Positions 41,304-50,871 of a stretch of 64,000 nucleotides of DNA are shown here, piece after piece (positions within the stretch are counted from its first letter, which is position 1; each line of letters begins with the position of its first letter). The translations under genes and the position numbers were made by a program. Under the pieces are notes generated by a model. That model was not told where the DNA came from and made no database searches. It saw only the letters and a list, made by a program, of their open reading frames with translations. The DNA comes from Dehalococcoidia bacterium (GTDB taxonomy: Bacteria > Chloroflexota > Dehalococcoidia > Plut-88900): assembly GCA_965249275.1 (NCBI GenBank), contig CBDFLQ010000005.1:160001-224000 (forward strand), in the 5' to 3' direction.

Positions 41304-42074
41304 GTGGCACGGGAGGATGAGGGCACCGAGAGCCCGGCCCCGCCTAGCATCGACCCTAACCTCCACCCCGATATCTGCCGCGACCTAATCCGTTCCTCCG
41401 CAGTCAAATGCGATCAGATTCTCCGGGGTTCTAACTACACCTTCCTGGTCGAACTCACCCTTGACGGTAAGCCCTTCGAATACGGCGTCTACAAGCCCCA
41501 GCGCGGCGAAAATCCCCTCTGGGACTTCCCCATCGGCACCCTATACAAACGGGAGGTCGCCGCCTATGTTCTCAGCGAAGCCCTCGGCTGGCACTTCGTC
41601 CCTCCCACCGTCATATGGGATGGCCCTTATGGTGAAGGCTCCCTGCAGCTCTTCATCCGCGACTCCCATACAACCCACTATTTCGAGCTTCGCGACACTC
41701 ACCCTGAGCAGGTGAAGCCCATCGCAGTTTTCGATCTGATGGTCAACAACACCGATAGAAAAGGGGGCCACTGCATCAAGGACCCGGGTGGCAAGGTATG
41801 GGGCATCGACCACGGCCTGACTTTCAGCATCGAGTCCAAGCTCCGCACCGTGATCTGGGACTTCGGCGGTGAGAAGATCGCGCAAGACACCCTCACCCCG
41901 ATAGCCCGGGAACTGGCCCGCTTCTACAACCCCGAGGGCCTTGCTACCATGCTCCACCCTCTCCTAGACTCCGACGAGATCGACAGCCTGGCCAGGAGAA
42001 TGCAAGCCGTCCTCCAGGACCCCGTCTTCCCCATCCTCAGAAGCCGCTATGAAGTCCCCTGGCCCCTGGTCTAA
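41304..42074 (+). CDS. SCO1664 family protein (PI3/PI4-kinase-like fold)
   Basis: GSNYTF, VYKP..GE.PLWDFP.GTL..REVAAY, NNTDRKGGH and IDHGLTF motifs. Confidence 0.9.
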   Translation: MAREDEGTESPAPPSIDPNLHPDICRDLIRSSAVKCDQILRGSNYTFLVELTLDGKPFEYGVYKPQRGENPLWDFPIGTLYKREVAAYVLSEALGWHFVPPTVIWDGPYGEGSLQLFIRDSHTTHYFELRDTHPEQVKPIAVFDLMVNNTDRKGGHCIKDPGGKVWGIDHGLTFSIESKLRTVIWDFGGEKIAQDTLTPIARELARFYNPEGLATMLHPLLDSDEIDSLARRMQAVLQDPVFPILRSRYEVPWPLV

Positions 42075-42117
42075 ACCCCCCTCGCCCCGAGCCCGCCGAA
42101 GACCCCACCCTGCTCTG

Positions 42118-42156
42118 TGTCATCCCGAGGCCCCGCGAGGGATCTAGGACTTGCCC
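42118..42156 (+). repeat. REP-like repeat family A, forward copy
   Basis: 39-bp core identical to the copies at 44484 and 48254. Confidence 0.92.
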
Positions 42157-42204
42157 ACTCACTTACCTCCTACTCACGTCGTCCAACCCCCCGTGGTCAC
42201 ACCC

Positions 42205-43113
42205 CTAAGAACTTCCCCCAAAAACCCCCTTCACCTTATCCACAAGCGTCTCGTGTCTCGCGTACCGCGCCAGGTACCGCACCATCTCCTCACTGCCCAC
42301 CATTATCGGCGAGTGCCAGTCCCTTAGGCGCGCGCCACCGCCCTTCCCCTCCCCCGACGCATTGCCAAACCTGCAAAACTCATGCCACTGCTTCTTTGCC
42401 CTGTCGTACGTCAGCACCGAGCCTGCCGCCTCTTTCGCCAACGCTATGCCCGCCGCCACGTCCCAGATCCGAGGTGCTGTGAACACCGAGTATTGGAAAA
42501 CTCCGCTCGATGTCAGGGCCATTTCGTAAGCCAGGCTCCCGGGCCCACGCGCCTCGCCAATGGGCGCACTAGCGCCCGCATTCTTGCCGTACAACAGCCT
42601 GAAGTCTCGATGAAAAATAGCCAGTTGACCGGGCTGTGGCACCGAGTTCGATCGCACGGTAATCGGCGTCTCGTCCATAAATGCCCCACCACCCTTGCAG
42701 GCGTGGAACAGCGCTCCTTCGGCCTTCGCCGGCCAGGGCGTCCATATGCACCCTACCTCGGGCACACCTCTGTTCAATACCCCTATCGAGACCGCGTATA
42801 TAGGCAGGCCGTTAATGTAGTTGAGCGTGCCGTCCAGCGGGTCCAGAACCCAAAGGAAGTCGGAATCCTCGGGCTTCTCGTCCGTCCCCTCTTCACCCAC
42901 TATCCCGTGGCCCGGGTATCGACGCCTGATCTCTCCCTTCAGGTAAGCTTCGCTCTCCTTGTCCGCCTCCGAGACCAGGTCCGACTTGCTTCCCCCCTTC
43001 CCATGCACACCTCCCACGTGGCCAAAGTGCGACTCCAGTATCCTGGCCGCCCCTTTCGCCATCTCGATGGCCGAGTCTTTGATATCTGCCAGCGAGATGG
43101 CTTCTTGTCCCAT
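42205..43113 (-). CDS. Inositol monophosphatase family protein
   Basis: VSEAD, GEEG, WVLDPLDGTLNY and WDVAAG motifs. Confidence 0.93.
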   Translation of the reverse strand: MGQEAISLADIKDSAIEMAKGAARILESHFGHVGGVHGKGGSKSDLVSEADKESEAYLKGEIRRRYPGHGIVGEEGTDEKPEDSDFLWVLDPLDGTLNYINGLPIYAVSIGVLNRGVPEVGCIWTPWPAKAEGALFHACKGGGAFMDETPITVRSNSVPQPGQLAIFHRDFRLLYGKNAGASAPIGEARGPGSLAYEMALTSSGVFQYSVFTAPRIWDVAAGIALAKEAAGSVLTYDRAKKQWHEFCRFGNASGEGKGGGARLRDWHSPIMVGSEEMVRYLARYARHETLVDKVKGVFGGSS

Positions 43114-43129
43114 TCCTTTTTCTACGCTC

Positions 43130-43612
43130 CTACAGCCCGGTATCCGAGTCCAGCAAAACGTCCCGAAGCAGCTCTACTGCAGCCGCCGACGCCATCTCCC
43201 GGTTTTCAGCCCGATCGCCGGAAAACCGCCGTTCTACACACACGTCTATCTCATTCCCCACAACCGCTACGAAGAATAGCCCGACCGGCTTGGCCCTTGT
43301 ACCGCCCGTCGGGCCCATCACCCCCGTCGCCGAGACCGCCAGGTCAGACCCTATTAGCCGTCGGGCCCCTTTGGCCATTTCCCGCGCCGTCACCTCCGAA
43401 ACCGACCCCTCACGAATCATTACTTCTTTGGGAATGCCCAGCACATTCTCCTTTATATCGTTGGCATACGCCAAAACTCCCCCAACAAAGAACCTCGAGC
43501 TCCCCGGCACGCTGGTCAGCTTGGCCGCTATCAACCCCGAGGTACATGCCTCCGCCACGGACACCGTAAGCCCTCGCTCCTTCAGAATTCCTGCAACTTC
43601 CTCTTCGATCAA
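43130..43612 (-). CDS. CinA C-terminal domain protein (PncC-like)
   Basis: VAEACTSG, VPGSS, YAN..K...LG and TGVMGP.GG...KPVG motifs. Confidence 0.9.
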   Translation of the reverse strand: MIEEEVAGILKERGLTVSVAEACTSGLIAAKLTSVPGSSRFFVGGVLAYANDIKENVLGIPKEVMIREGSVSEVTAREMAKGARRLIGSDLAVSATGVMGPTGGTRAKPVGLFFVAVVGNEIDVCVERRFSGDRAENREMASAAAVELLRDVLLDSDTGL

Positions 43613-43718
43613 ATCTCCCCCTTCAATGCCCGTTTTTTATTACCTCCCCAATTATAGCCCCCAAACCTCCTCCTTCCCCTTTCCGGCACCCCGTCCCGGA
43701 GCCGTAATCGATCCCCAC

Positions 43719-44330
43719 CTAAGACCCCACCTCCACACTGATATCCGTAGGCGTGCCGCTATTCGTCGCATTCTGGTCCTGCGGACACGCCGACACGCAC
43801 ACCCAGCAGTCCATCTCCACCCTGAGCAGCACGTAGTCCCCTGCCTTAGTCTCCGGCGCCGCTATGTCCATCCTACCGTCTATAAACACGCGAAAGTTGG
43901 TGAACAGGTTAACCGGCTGCGGTATCTCCACCCCTGGCACCCCGATGGCCTCCATACACTTCCGAAGGTTCTCCTCACAGCTGGCATGCCACCCCTCCAC
44001 CCCCAATTCCCGGTACCTGCTGGGATTGCACGACGCGTACAGCAAGTCGTGAATTCCGGGGCTATGGTCCTCGACAAGCGTGAGGATAGGTCGGCGCTCC
44101 TGGGTATAGAACGCCTCTTCCTCCTTCGGAAACAGCCTGGAAATGGAGGGCCTCGTATGTTCGGCGCTCAGGTACTCTTTCACGTTCTCCACGTTGAAGG
44201 CAAACAGGTCCACGGCCTGCCCGCCATGCAGATCTATCACCTTAACCAGCTCACCCTTACTTGCCCGAAACGCCTTCCCTTCCCGAGCCGGTACATGGTA
44301 ATCCAATCGTTTCTGCCTTAGCTCCGTCAT
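43719..44330 (-). CDS. DUF1989 / urea carboxylase-associated family protein (second copy)
   Basis: G.QAVD, LSAEHTR, HDLL..SC, HASCEEN and SACPQD motifs. RBS GGAGGTG before ATG 44330. Confidence 0.9.
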   Translation of the reverse strand: MTELRQKRLDYHVPAREGKAFRASKGELVKVIDLHGGQAVDLFAFNVENVKEYLSAEHTRPSISRLFPKEEEAFYTQERRPILTLVEDHSPGIHDLLYASCNPSRYRELGVEGWHASCEENLRKCMEAIGVPGVEIPQPVNLFTNFRVFIDGRMDIAAPETKAGDYVLLRVEMDCWVCVSACPQDQNATNSGTPTDISVEVGS

Positions 44331-44483
44331 CTGCTCACCTCCGCTCTCGATTCGCTTGTTTCCCATGACAGTTTAATCCGTCCAAGCTCCCGCATACACC
44401 CCCACCCCCTCAACCATCCCGATAACCTCACCAACACTTTTCAGACATCCTTTGCGACCTACCCAGCATCCCACTCTTGACTG

Positions 44484-44522
44484 TGTCATCCCGAGGCCCC
44501 GCGAGGGATCTAGGACTTGCCC
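44484..44522 (+). repeat. REP-like repeat family A, forward copy
   Basis: 39-bp core identical to the copies at 42118 and 48254. Confidence 0.92.
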
Positions 44523-45072
44523 AACCACACCCTTCCCCCTTTACGCCTTCCCATTCCTCGTGGTTGCCCTACCCCCTCCCCACTGCCCCCCAATCAAAGG
44601 ATCACCCTATGTGACACCAACCCCTTGACTCCATCAGACCATACGTACTAACCTCCTCTTGGTCCCCGTCTGCACAGCCGACTCACTACCGCCGACATCC
44701 TCACCTCTTCTTTCCGAACGGTTTTCCCTCCGACCCAACAACCCCATACACCTAATCCTGAAGGACCTTGCCCAATTCTTAAACTCCAGCAGCCATTCCA
44801 ACACCCCTCTCCCCGAGAATTTCTCCTTCCCTGGCCTATGATTCAAATTCCCTCCGACAAGCAGACAATCAGAATTCGTGCCTGCTGCCCGCAAACAATC
44901 AAACACAAAGCTGATTCCTTTGATTGCCCCCTTCGACTTTGATAGTAGTATGTCAACTTGCCCCCACGCCTTGCCTCCCACCCCCTATCCGCCTAAACTA
45001 TCCCAGCATCTCTGGTATAACATTGTCTAATACACACAATAACCAATTGCATGGATTCACACCCTGGGGAGA

Positions 45073-45306
45073 ATGGACATAGAAGGAGACATAGCAGTAG
45101 CCGACCACTGGGACGCCGGTCACATGGGCTGCGGTGAGGTTGTCATCATGCTCAGGATGCGATTTCAACCCCTCGCTCCTGGCCAGGTCTTCAAGCTCAC
45201 GACCCAGGACCTGGGCGCCCACGAAGACATCCCCGCCTGGTGCCGGCTCACGAGTCGCCGCCTCCTCAAAGCCGACCACCCCCACTACTGGATCGAGCAG
45301 AAATAG
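45073..45306 (+). CDS. TusA/SirA-like sulfur carrier protein
   Basis: WDAGHMGCGE, L.PGQV and D.GA.EDIPAWC motifs. Confidence 0.85.
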   Translation: MDIEGDIAVADHWDAGHMGCGEVVIMLRMRFQPLAPGQVFKLTTQDLGAHEDIPAWCRLTSRRLLKADHPHYWIEQK

Positions 45307-45324
45307 ACCTTGGAAGGAGTCGAC

Positions 45325-45687
45325 ATGTCCGGAAAGTTCTGCGTCAGCCTCACCCATGCCAAGGACAACACCGACAAAGCCACCGTGGCCTTCGTAATAG
45401 CCAACGCCGCCTTGGGTTCGGAGAAGGAGACCATGGTCTTCCTCAGCACCGAGGGAGTTCGTGTTGCCGAGAAGGGTTATGCCGACGACATCAACGAGGA
45501 AGGGTTCATGCCTCTCAAGGATCTGATGGACAGTTTCGCCGCATTCGGTGGTGATATCTACGTCTGTGCCCCGTGCTTCAAGAAGCGCGGCCTCGACGAG
45601 AACAACCTCGTTGACGGGGCCACGATAGTAGGAGGCGCCAAGCTCGTAGAGTTCCTCTCCGATAACAGCCCTTCCGTCTCTTACTGA
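45325..45687 (+). CDS. DsrE/DsrF-like protein
   Basis: ATVAF..A.AA, VFLS.EGV and YVCAPCF.KRG motifs. RBS GAAGGAG. Confidence 0.88.
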   Translation: MSGKFCVSLTHAKDNTDKATVAFVIANAALGSEKETMVFLSTEGVRVAEKGYADDINEEGFMPLKDLMDSFAAFGGDIYVCAPCFKKRGLDENNLVDGATIVGGAKLVEFLSDNSPSVSY

Positions 45688-45708
45688 CCTCCCGCACCCG
45701 AGCCTCTC

Positions 45709-47229
45709 ATGGACCCTATCGAACGTCACGTATACCAGCCCGACGTCAGCTTCGACGGCGGTGATCTCGACTGCGGCGGCGGTCTGCTCCTGCTCATCCG
45801 CCGTCACATCGACCCCATGGAGCGCGGCGGCCTCCTGGAGATCCTCTCCACCGACTCCACCGTCGAGGTCGAGCTGCCAGCCTGGTGCCGCATGACCAAG
45901 AACGAGATGGTCTCCTGGACCAAGAGGAATGGTCAGCGCAGCTTCCTGGTCTGCAAGGGTCTTATGGAAGAGCGTCGGCCCACGGCCACCCTCCCACCCC
46001 CCGCCTCCATAGGCGAACAGCTGCGCGTGAAGGTCACCATCCCCGACTCCCTCCCCCCACCCTCCCCTGCTCCCGAAATCACGCCTTTGTCGGTCATGGG
46101 TATCGGGAGTTGGCCCCGGCCCCGCTGGATGCTCCAGGCAGTCCACGACAGGCTGGAAGGGCGCCTCAATGAAGAGGACTTCCAAGCCACCGCTAACGAT
46201 GCCGCTCGACTCTCCATCGACACCCAACTTCGCGCCGGTGTCGACGTGGTCACAGACGGCGAGCAGCGCCGCGACAGCTATGCCAGCTTCGTAGGCGGCC
46301 TTCTCGACAACTGCCAGCTCATCCCACTAACCGATCTCACCGCTATGGTCGACGACCCAGACAAGTTCGAGAAGGAGCTGCGCGCCCTCGATGTGCCCGC
46401 TGGCGACGTACGCCACCCTGTCGTCTACGGCAAGCTCGGCCGAAGCAAACCCCTCGCACTCCACGAGCTTGAATTCGCCGCCCAATGCACCGACAGGCCC
46501 ATCAAGGTCGCCCTCCCCGGCCCTTACCTCCTCACCCGTACCATGTGGCTCGACTGCCTCACCGACCTCCCCTACGAGACCCGTGAAGACCTAGCCCAAG
46601 ACGTCGTCCGGGTCCTCCGCGAAGAGCTACACTTCCTTCTTGCATCCGGTGCAGCCCTAGTCCAGTTCGACGAGCCCGTTCTCACTGAGGTCGTATTCGG
46701 CGCCCCAAGCGGCAACCGCACCTTCATGTGCGGTGCCCTCAGCGAAAAACTGGCCCCTGCCGCAGAGCTTGATTTTGCCGCAGGCCTCCTCAACGACGTC
46801 GTTACCGGCCTCCCACCCGACCGCCTTGGCCTCCATATCTGCCGCGGCAACTGGACTCGCGACGAGTCTGCCGCCCTCTCCGGCGACTACCGCCCCCTCC
46901 TCGACCTTCTCGAACAAGTCCAGGTAGGGACCCTATTCCTGGAGCTCTCAACCCCCCGCGCCGGTGAAGCTGCAGTTCTCCGTTCTCTCCCCGACGACAA
47001 GCGCATCGCCATCGGCGTCGTCAACCAGAAGCTCGACGCTGTGGAGAGCCCCGAGGACATCAGCCGGAACATAGACCTCGGCCTCAACCTCTTCGGAAGT
47101 GAACGCCTTCTCCTCACCCCTGACTGCGGCTTCGCAACCTTCGCCGACAACCCCGTCGCCTCCGCCACCATCGCCGAGGCCAAGCTCCGGGCCATAACAC
47201 AATCCCGAGACCTGGTACCTGCATCATGA
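45709..47229 (+). CDS. TusA-like domain fused to a cobalamin-independent methionine synthase-like catalytic barrel
   Basis: N-terminal FDGGDLDCG...LPAWC, then IGSWPRP, TDGEQRR, LPGP, QFDEP, HICRGN and PDCGF (H-x-C / E / C zinc ligands). Confidence 0.88.
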   Translation: MDPIERHVYQPDVSFDGGDLDCGGGLLLLIRRHIDPMERGGLLEILSTDSTVEVELPAWCRMTKNEMVSWTKRNGQRSFLVCKGLMEERRPTATLPPPASIGEQLRVKVTIPDSLPPPSPAPEITPLSVMGIGSWPRPRWMLQAVHDRLEGRLNEEDFQATANDAARLSIDTQLRAGVDVVTDGEQRRDSYASFVGGLLDNCQLIPLTDLTAMVDDPDKFEKELRALDVPAGDVRHPVVYGKLGRSKPLALHELEFAAQCTDRPIKVALPGPYLLTRTMWLDCLTDLPYETREDLAQDVVRVLREELHFLLASGAALVQFDEPVLTEVVFGAPSGNRTFMCGALSEKLAPAAELDFAAGLLNDVVTGLPPDRLGLHICRGNWTRDESAALSGDYRPLLDLLEQVQVGTLFLELSTPRAGEAAVLRSLPDDKRIAIGVVNQKLDAVESPEDISRNIDLGLNLFGSERLLLTPDCGFATFADNPVASATIAEAKLRAITQSRDLVPAS

Positions 47230-47909
47230 CCGGCCCGGCTGGCCCTCCACCCACCGACGACGAGGCCATCCAGGTCCAGGGCTACCAGCGGTTCCGTGCC
47301 CCGGAAGGCCATTCCGGCCAAGGCATCCTGATCAACACCTCCCGCGGCAGCATATTCAGTCTTTTTCACCCCACCGAGACCATGGACGCCGCCGTCCTTT
47401 GGGTCTGGGGCGCCAGCGGGGGCGTCACCGGCCCCGCCGACAGCATTTACGTCCGCCTCGCCGAGCGCCTCGCCAGTGAAGGCATAGCCTCCCTCAGGCT
47501 CGACTACCGTTTACCCAATGACCTCTACGAATGCGTACTCGACACCCTCGCCGGGACAACCCTGCTGCTGGGTGTTGGCTTCAAGCGATTGGCCTTGGTT
47601 GGCCACTCATTCGGAGGGGCTGTGGTCATAGCCGCCGCCCCCTACAATGACAAGATAGTAGCCGTAGTGGGTCTGTCCAGCCAGAGCGCAGGTGCGCAAC
47701 GTGTTTCGGAAGTCGCCCCCAGGCCCTTGCTCCTGGTCCACGGCGCCGACGACGCCATAATCCCCGTCCGAGCCTCCCAGTTCATCTATGACCTCGCCGA
47801 TCAACCCAAGGAACTCCGCTACTTCCAGGGCGCGGGCCACGGCCTGAACGAGTGCCGTGAAGAGCTGGACGAACTCCTTCACGGCTGGCTTAGGGATAAG
47901 CTGGCTTAG
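47226..47909 (+). CDS. Alpha/beta hydrolase
   Basis: GHSFGG nucleophile elbow, LLLVHG..D and GAGH. ATGA overlap with the upstream gene. Confidence 0.88.
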   Translation: MTGPAGPPPTDDEAIQVQGYQRFRAPEGHSGQGILINTSRGSIFSLFHPTETMDAAVLWVWGASGGVTGPADSIYVRLAERLASEGIASLRLDYRLPNDLYECVLDTLAGTTLLLGVGFKRLALVGHSFGGAVVIAAAPYNDKIVAVVGLSSQSAGAQRVSEVAPRPLLLVHGADDAIIPVRASQFIYDLADQPKELRYFQGAGHGLNECREELDELLHGWLRDKLA

Positions 47910-47919
47910 GGACTAGCAG

Positions 47920-48333
47920 ATGAAGCTAAAGTACGCTGTCGTCTATGAACAAACGCCCAACAACTTCTGCGCCTACGCTCCTGACCTGCCCGGTTGCGTC
48001 AGTACGGGCAAGACTTGGGACGAAGTCCGAGAGATGATGCGGGAGGCAATCGGATTCCATTTAGAGGGAATGCTGGAACATGGCGAATCCGTCCCGGAAC
48101 CGCGAATGTCCATTGAAGACGCTAAGGCCTATCACAACGACCCTCTCTCCAAGCAAGAGCAAAAGGCCCTTGCAGCCTACGGCGCTGATGCTCCCAACCT
48201 GTCAACCACTTTCGACATGGCAGAGATTGAGGTAAACCTCGCCCCTACCCCCATGTCATCCCGAGGCCCCGCGAGGGATCTAGGACTTGCCCCTTCACAT
48301 CCCTCTCGACCATCCCCTCCCTACCCCTCCTGA
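47920..48333 (+). CDS. hicB: HicB-like antitoxin (orphan), with C-terminus reading through a REP-like repeat
   Basis: YAVVYE....N..AY.PDLPGCVS.G.T..E....MREAI.FHLEGM...G..VPEP motif. Confidence 0.88.
   Translation: MKLKYAVVYEQTPNNFCAYAPDLPGCVSTGKTWDEVREMMREAIGFHLEGMLEHGESVPEPRMSIEDAKAYHNDPLSKQEQKALAAYGADAPNLSTTFDMAEIEVNLAPTPMSSRGPARDLGLAPSHPSRPSPPYPS
48254..48292 (+). repeat. REP-like repeat family A, forward copy inside the hicB 3' end
   Basis: 39-bp core identical to the copies at 42118 and 44484. Confidence 0.92.
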
Positions 48334-49568
48334 TTACACACATCCAGCGCCGTAGCTGCCATCACCTTGGCGCAGGTGACCATGTCGCTGATGCGGACGT
48401 AGTGGTCCGGTTCATCTTCCCGTGCGTCCCAATCGCCCCCGGGTCCGTAAAGCACGCACGGAATGCCTGCCTTCCACATGTGGGTGGTGTCGTTCCCCGA
48501 GTAGGAGTTCGGGGTCTTGCTCCCGACGTAGGCCAACTCGCCCCCCGTAACCGCCCTGAACCCCCGAGCCACTGCCTTCACGATCTCCTCGTCCGTGGGC
48601 ATGTTCATCGGCTCCATCACCGTGCGAAGAACTCTGTAATCTGCCGGGGGCGGCATCTCGATCTCATAGTCGAACTCGGGGTCCGACGCTTTGACTCCAT
48701 CCAACGCCCGCCTCACCTCTTCCAAAACACCCGCAGAGGTCTGCCCAGGGACCATGCGCCCGTCAACTAGCGCCGTGCAGAAGTCCGGCACGAAGTTCGG
48801 GCCGTTAATAACATGGTTCCTCCCCTGTCCCCCGATAACCGCCCCAACGTGCAGCCGAGGCAAGGATGGCAGAGCCGCAAACGGTGTGTGCGAAAGCTCA
48901 AGCCCATTTATCGCCTCAATGGCCTTGGCCATCTTCTGAATGGCGTTGACCCCGCTCTCTTTCTGGCTTATATGCCGAGACTCGCCCAACACGTGTACCG
49001 CCATCTCCAGCCATCCCGCGTGGATCGTGAGTACGGTGTCCGCATCGTTCGGCTCCGCCACTATCGCCATGTCGGGCCGGTACCCGTGCTCCAGGGCGTA
49101 CTCCGTCCCCACCCCTCCCTGCAGCTCCCCGACAACGCACGCCACCTGTAGGTCACCTTTAAGTGACGCCTTGGCCCGGCGCACCGCCTCAGCCGCCGCC
49201 ACTATCGACGCAACACCGCCCTTCATGTTGTATATCCCCGCCCCATACAGCCGGTCACCTTCCACCGAGGACTTCCACGGGTCACGCTTCCAACCCATTG
49301 AAAGCGGGTCCTGGTCTATGTGCCCGTTCAGCATCAGGGTTTTCCCACCTCCCGTGCCCCGCAGCGTAGCAATGACCTGGTATCGGCCCGGATCGACCTC
49401 CTGAAGGTCGACCTCATATCCCCATCGCCGGAAGTTCGATGCCAGGAACAGCGCTATCTGAGATTCCTCGGTCTTGAAGCTGGGTATGTCGATTAGCTTC
49501 TTCGCAAGCCCGACAACCCAGTCTTCCTTTACCCGATTCGTTACTCTGTCTAAAGTTGTTGCAGCCAT
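48321..49568 (-). CDS. M20/ArgE-like metallohydrolase, paralog 1
   Basis: LMLNGHID, LYGAGIYNMKGG, VVGELQGG and VAEP motifs. Confidence 0.9.
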   Translation of the reverse strand: MAATTLDRVTNRVKEDWVVGLAKKLIDIPSFKTEESQIALFLASNFRRWGYEVDLQEVDPGRYQVIATLRGTGGGKTLMLNGHIDQDPLSMGWKRDPWKSSVEGDRLYGAGIYNMKGGVASIVAAAEAVRRAKASLKGDLQVACVVGELQGGVGTEYALEHGYRPDMAIVAEPNDADTVLTIHAGWLEMAVHVLGESRHISQKESGVNAIQKMAKAIEAINGLELSHTPFAALPSLPRLHVGAVIGGQGRNHVINGPNFVPDFCTALVDGRMVPGQTSAGVLEEVRRALDGVKASDPEFDYEIEMPPPADYRVLRTVMEPMNMPTDEEIVKAVARGFRAVTGGELAYVGSKTPNSYSGNDTTHMWKAGIPCVLYGPGGDWDAREDEPDHYVRISDMVTCAKVMAATALDVCNQEG

Positions 49569-49583
49569 TCTCGACCTCCCCGG

Positions 49584-50828
49584 CTAGGCCGGCAGGTTAC
49601 AGACTTCCAGTGCCGTTAGGGCGTGAGTCTTTGCACACTCGACCATTTCGCTCACGTTGACGAAGGTATCGGCCTCTCCACCGAGCGACCTGTCGCCCCC
49701 CGGCCCGTTCAGGACACACGGAATGCCCGCCTTCCAAAGGTGGCACGTGTCGTTGCCCGCGTAGGACCGAGGCAGTATCGCTCCGACATTCTCGGGTGGC
49801 GCACCCATGTGCCCTTCAATGGCCCGTGACACCGCCCCGACTATGTACTCGTCCTTCGGGATGTCCACCGGGTCCATGGTCACGGCTACTCCCTTGTATT
49901 TCGCAGGCGGTGGTATCTCCAGCTCCCATTTCAGTTCCGGGTCCTCGGCGCTCAGGCCGTTCAGGACCTTCCTCACGTCCTCCTCTACGGTCTCGGCGGT
50001 CTGTCCGGGGACTATGCGCACGTCCCAGATGGAGGTGCAGAAGTCGCTCACGTAGTTGGGGCCCTTCAGGTCGTGGTCCCGGCCCCGCCCCCCGATAATT
50101 GCCCCACAGTTTATCCTCGGCAGCCCCGGCAGTTCGGGGTGCGGCGTATGCCTCAGTTCGACTTTGTCCACCGCATCGATCACCTTCATCATCTTCCCAA
50201 TCGCGTCGACCGCCTCTTCCCTCACCGTGATGTGCTTGGAGTACCCCAGGACGTTGATCGCCATCCCGATAACTCCGGCATGGATAGTCATGATAGTCTT
50301 CGACCCGAAGGGCTCGGCTACAATGGCCATGTCCGCCGTCACCCCGCTTTCGAGAGCGTGGACCGTCCCCACCCCTCCCTGCAGCTCTCCCACCACGCAC
50401 GCCACTACTATGTCTCCCTTAAGCTCCACCTTAGACTTACGAATAGCCTCCGCCGCCGATATCATCGAAGCGACTCCACCCTTCATGTTGAAGGCTCCAC
50501 CCCCGTACAGCCGGTCCCCTTCCCAGCTGGGCGTCCACGGGTTCCGTTTCCAGCCCATCGCCAGCGGGTCGATGTCTATGTGCCCGTTCAACATCAGGCT
50601 CTTCCCCCCACCCGACCCCTTAAGCGTAGCTATGGTCTGATACCGCCCCGGCTCCACTTCCTGTAGATCGACCTCATATCCCCTCCGCCGGAAGTACGTG
50701 GCGAGATACTTGGCTACCTTCTGCTCTTCCGTCTTGAAGCTCGGTATGCGGAGGATCCTGCTGCACAGGTCCACCACCTCCCGATCCTTGATCTTTCCCA
50801 GAACCCTATCCTTCACTGCTGCATCCAT
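49584..50828 (-). CDS. M20/ArgE-like metallohydrolase, paralog 2
   Basis: LMLNGHIDIDP, YGGGAFNMKGG, VVGELQGG and VAEP motifs. Confidence 0.9.
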   Translation of the reverse strand: MDAAVKDRVLGKIKDREVVDLCSRILRIPSFKTEEQKVAKYLATYFRRRGYEVDLQEVEPGRYQTIATLKGSGGGKSLMLNGHIDIDPLAMGWKRNPWTPSWEGDRLYGGGAFNMKGGVASMISAAEAIRKSKVELKGDIVVACVVGELQGGVGTVHALESGVTADMAIVAEPFGSKTIMTIHAGVIGMAINVLGYSKHITVREEAVDAIGKMMKVIDAVDKVELRHTPHPELPGLPRINCGAIIGGRGRDHDLKGPNYVSDFCTSIWDVRIVPGQTAETVEEDVRKVLNGLSAEDPELKWELEIPPPAKYKGVAVTMDPVDIPKDEYIVGAVSRAIEGHMGAPPENVGAILPRSYAGNDTCHLWKAGIPCVLNGPGGDRSLGGEADTFVNVSEMVECAKTHALTALEVCNLPA

Positions 50829-50871
50829 CGGTTTCTCCGTAAGCTATTGGGCTGGCAGCCTCACTCACCCG

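Noticed and set aside
44634-44981. 115-aa minus-strand ORF or riboswitch upstream of the TusA-MetE cluster
   Set aside because: No recognisable protein motifs, and no SAM or cobalamin riboswitch consensus was found by eye. An Infernal search would be needed to exclude one.
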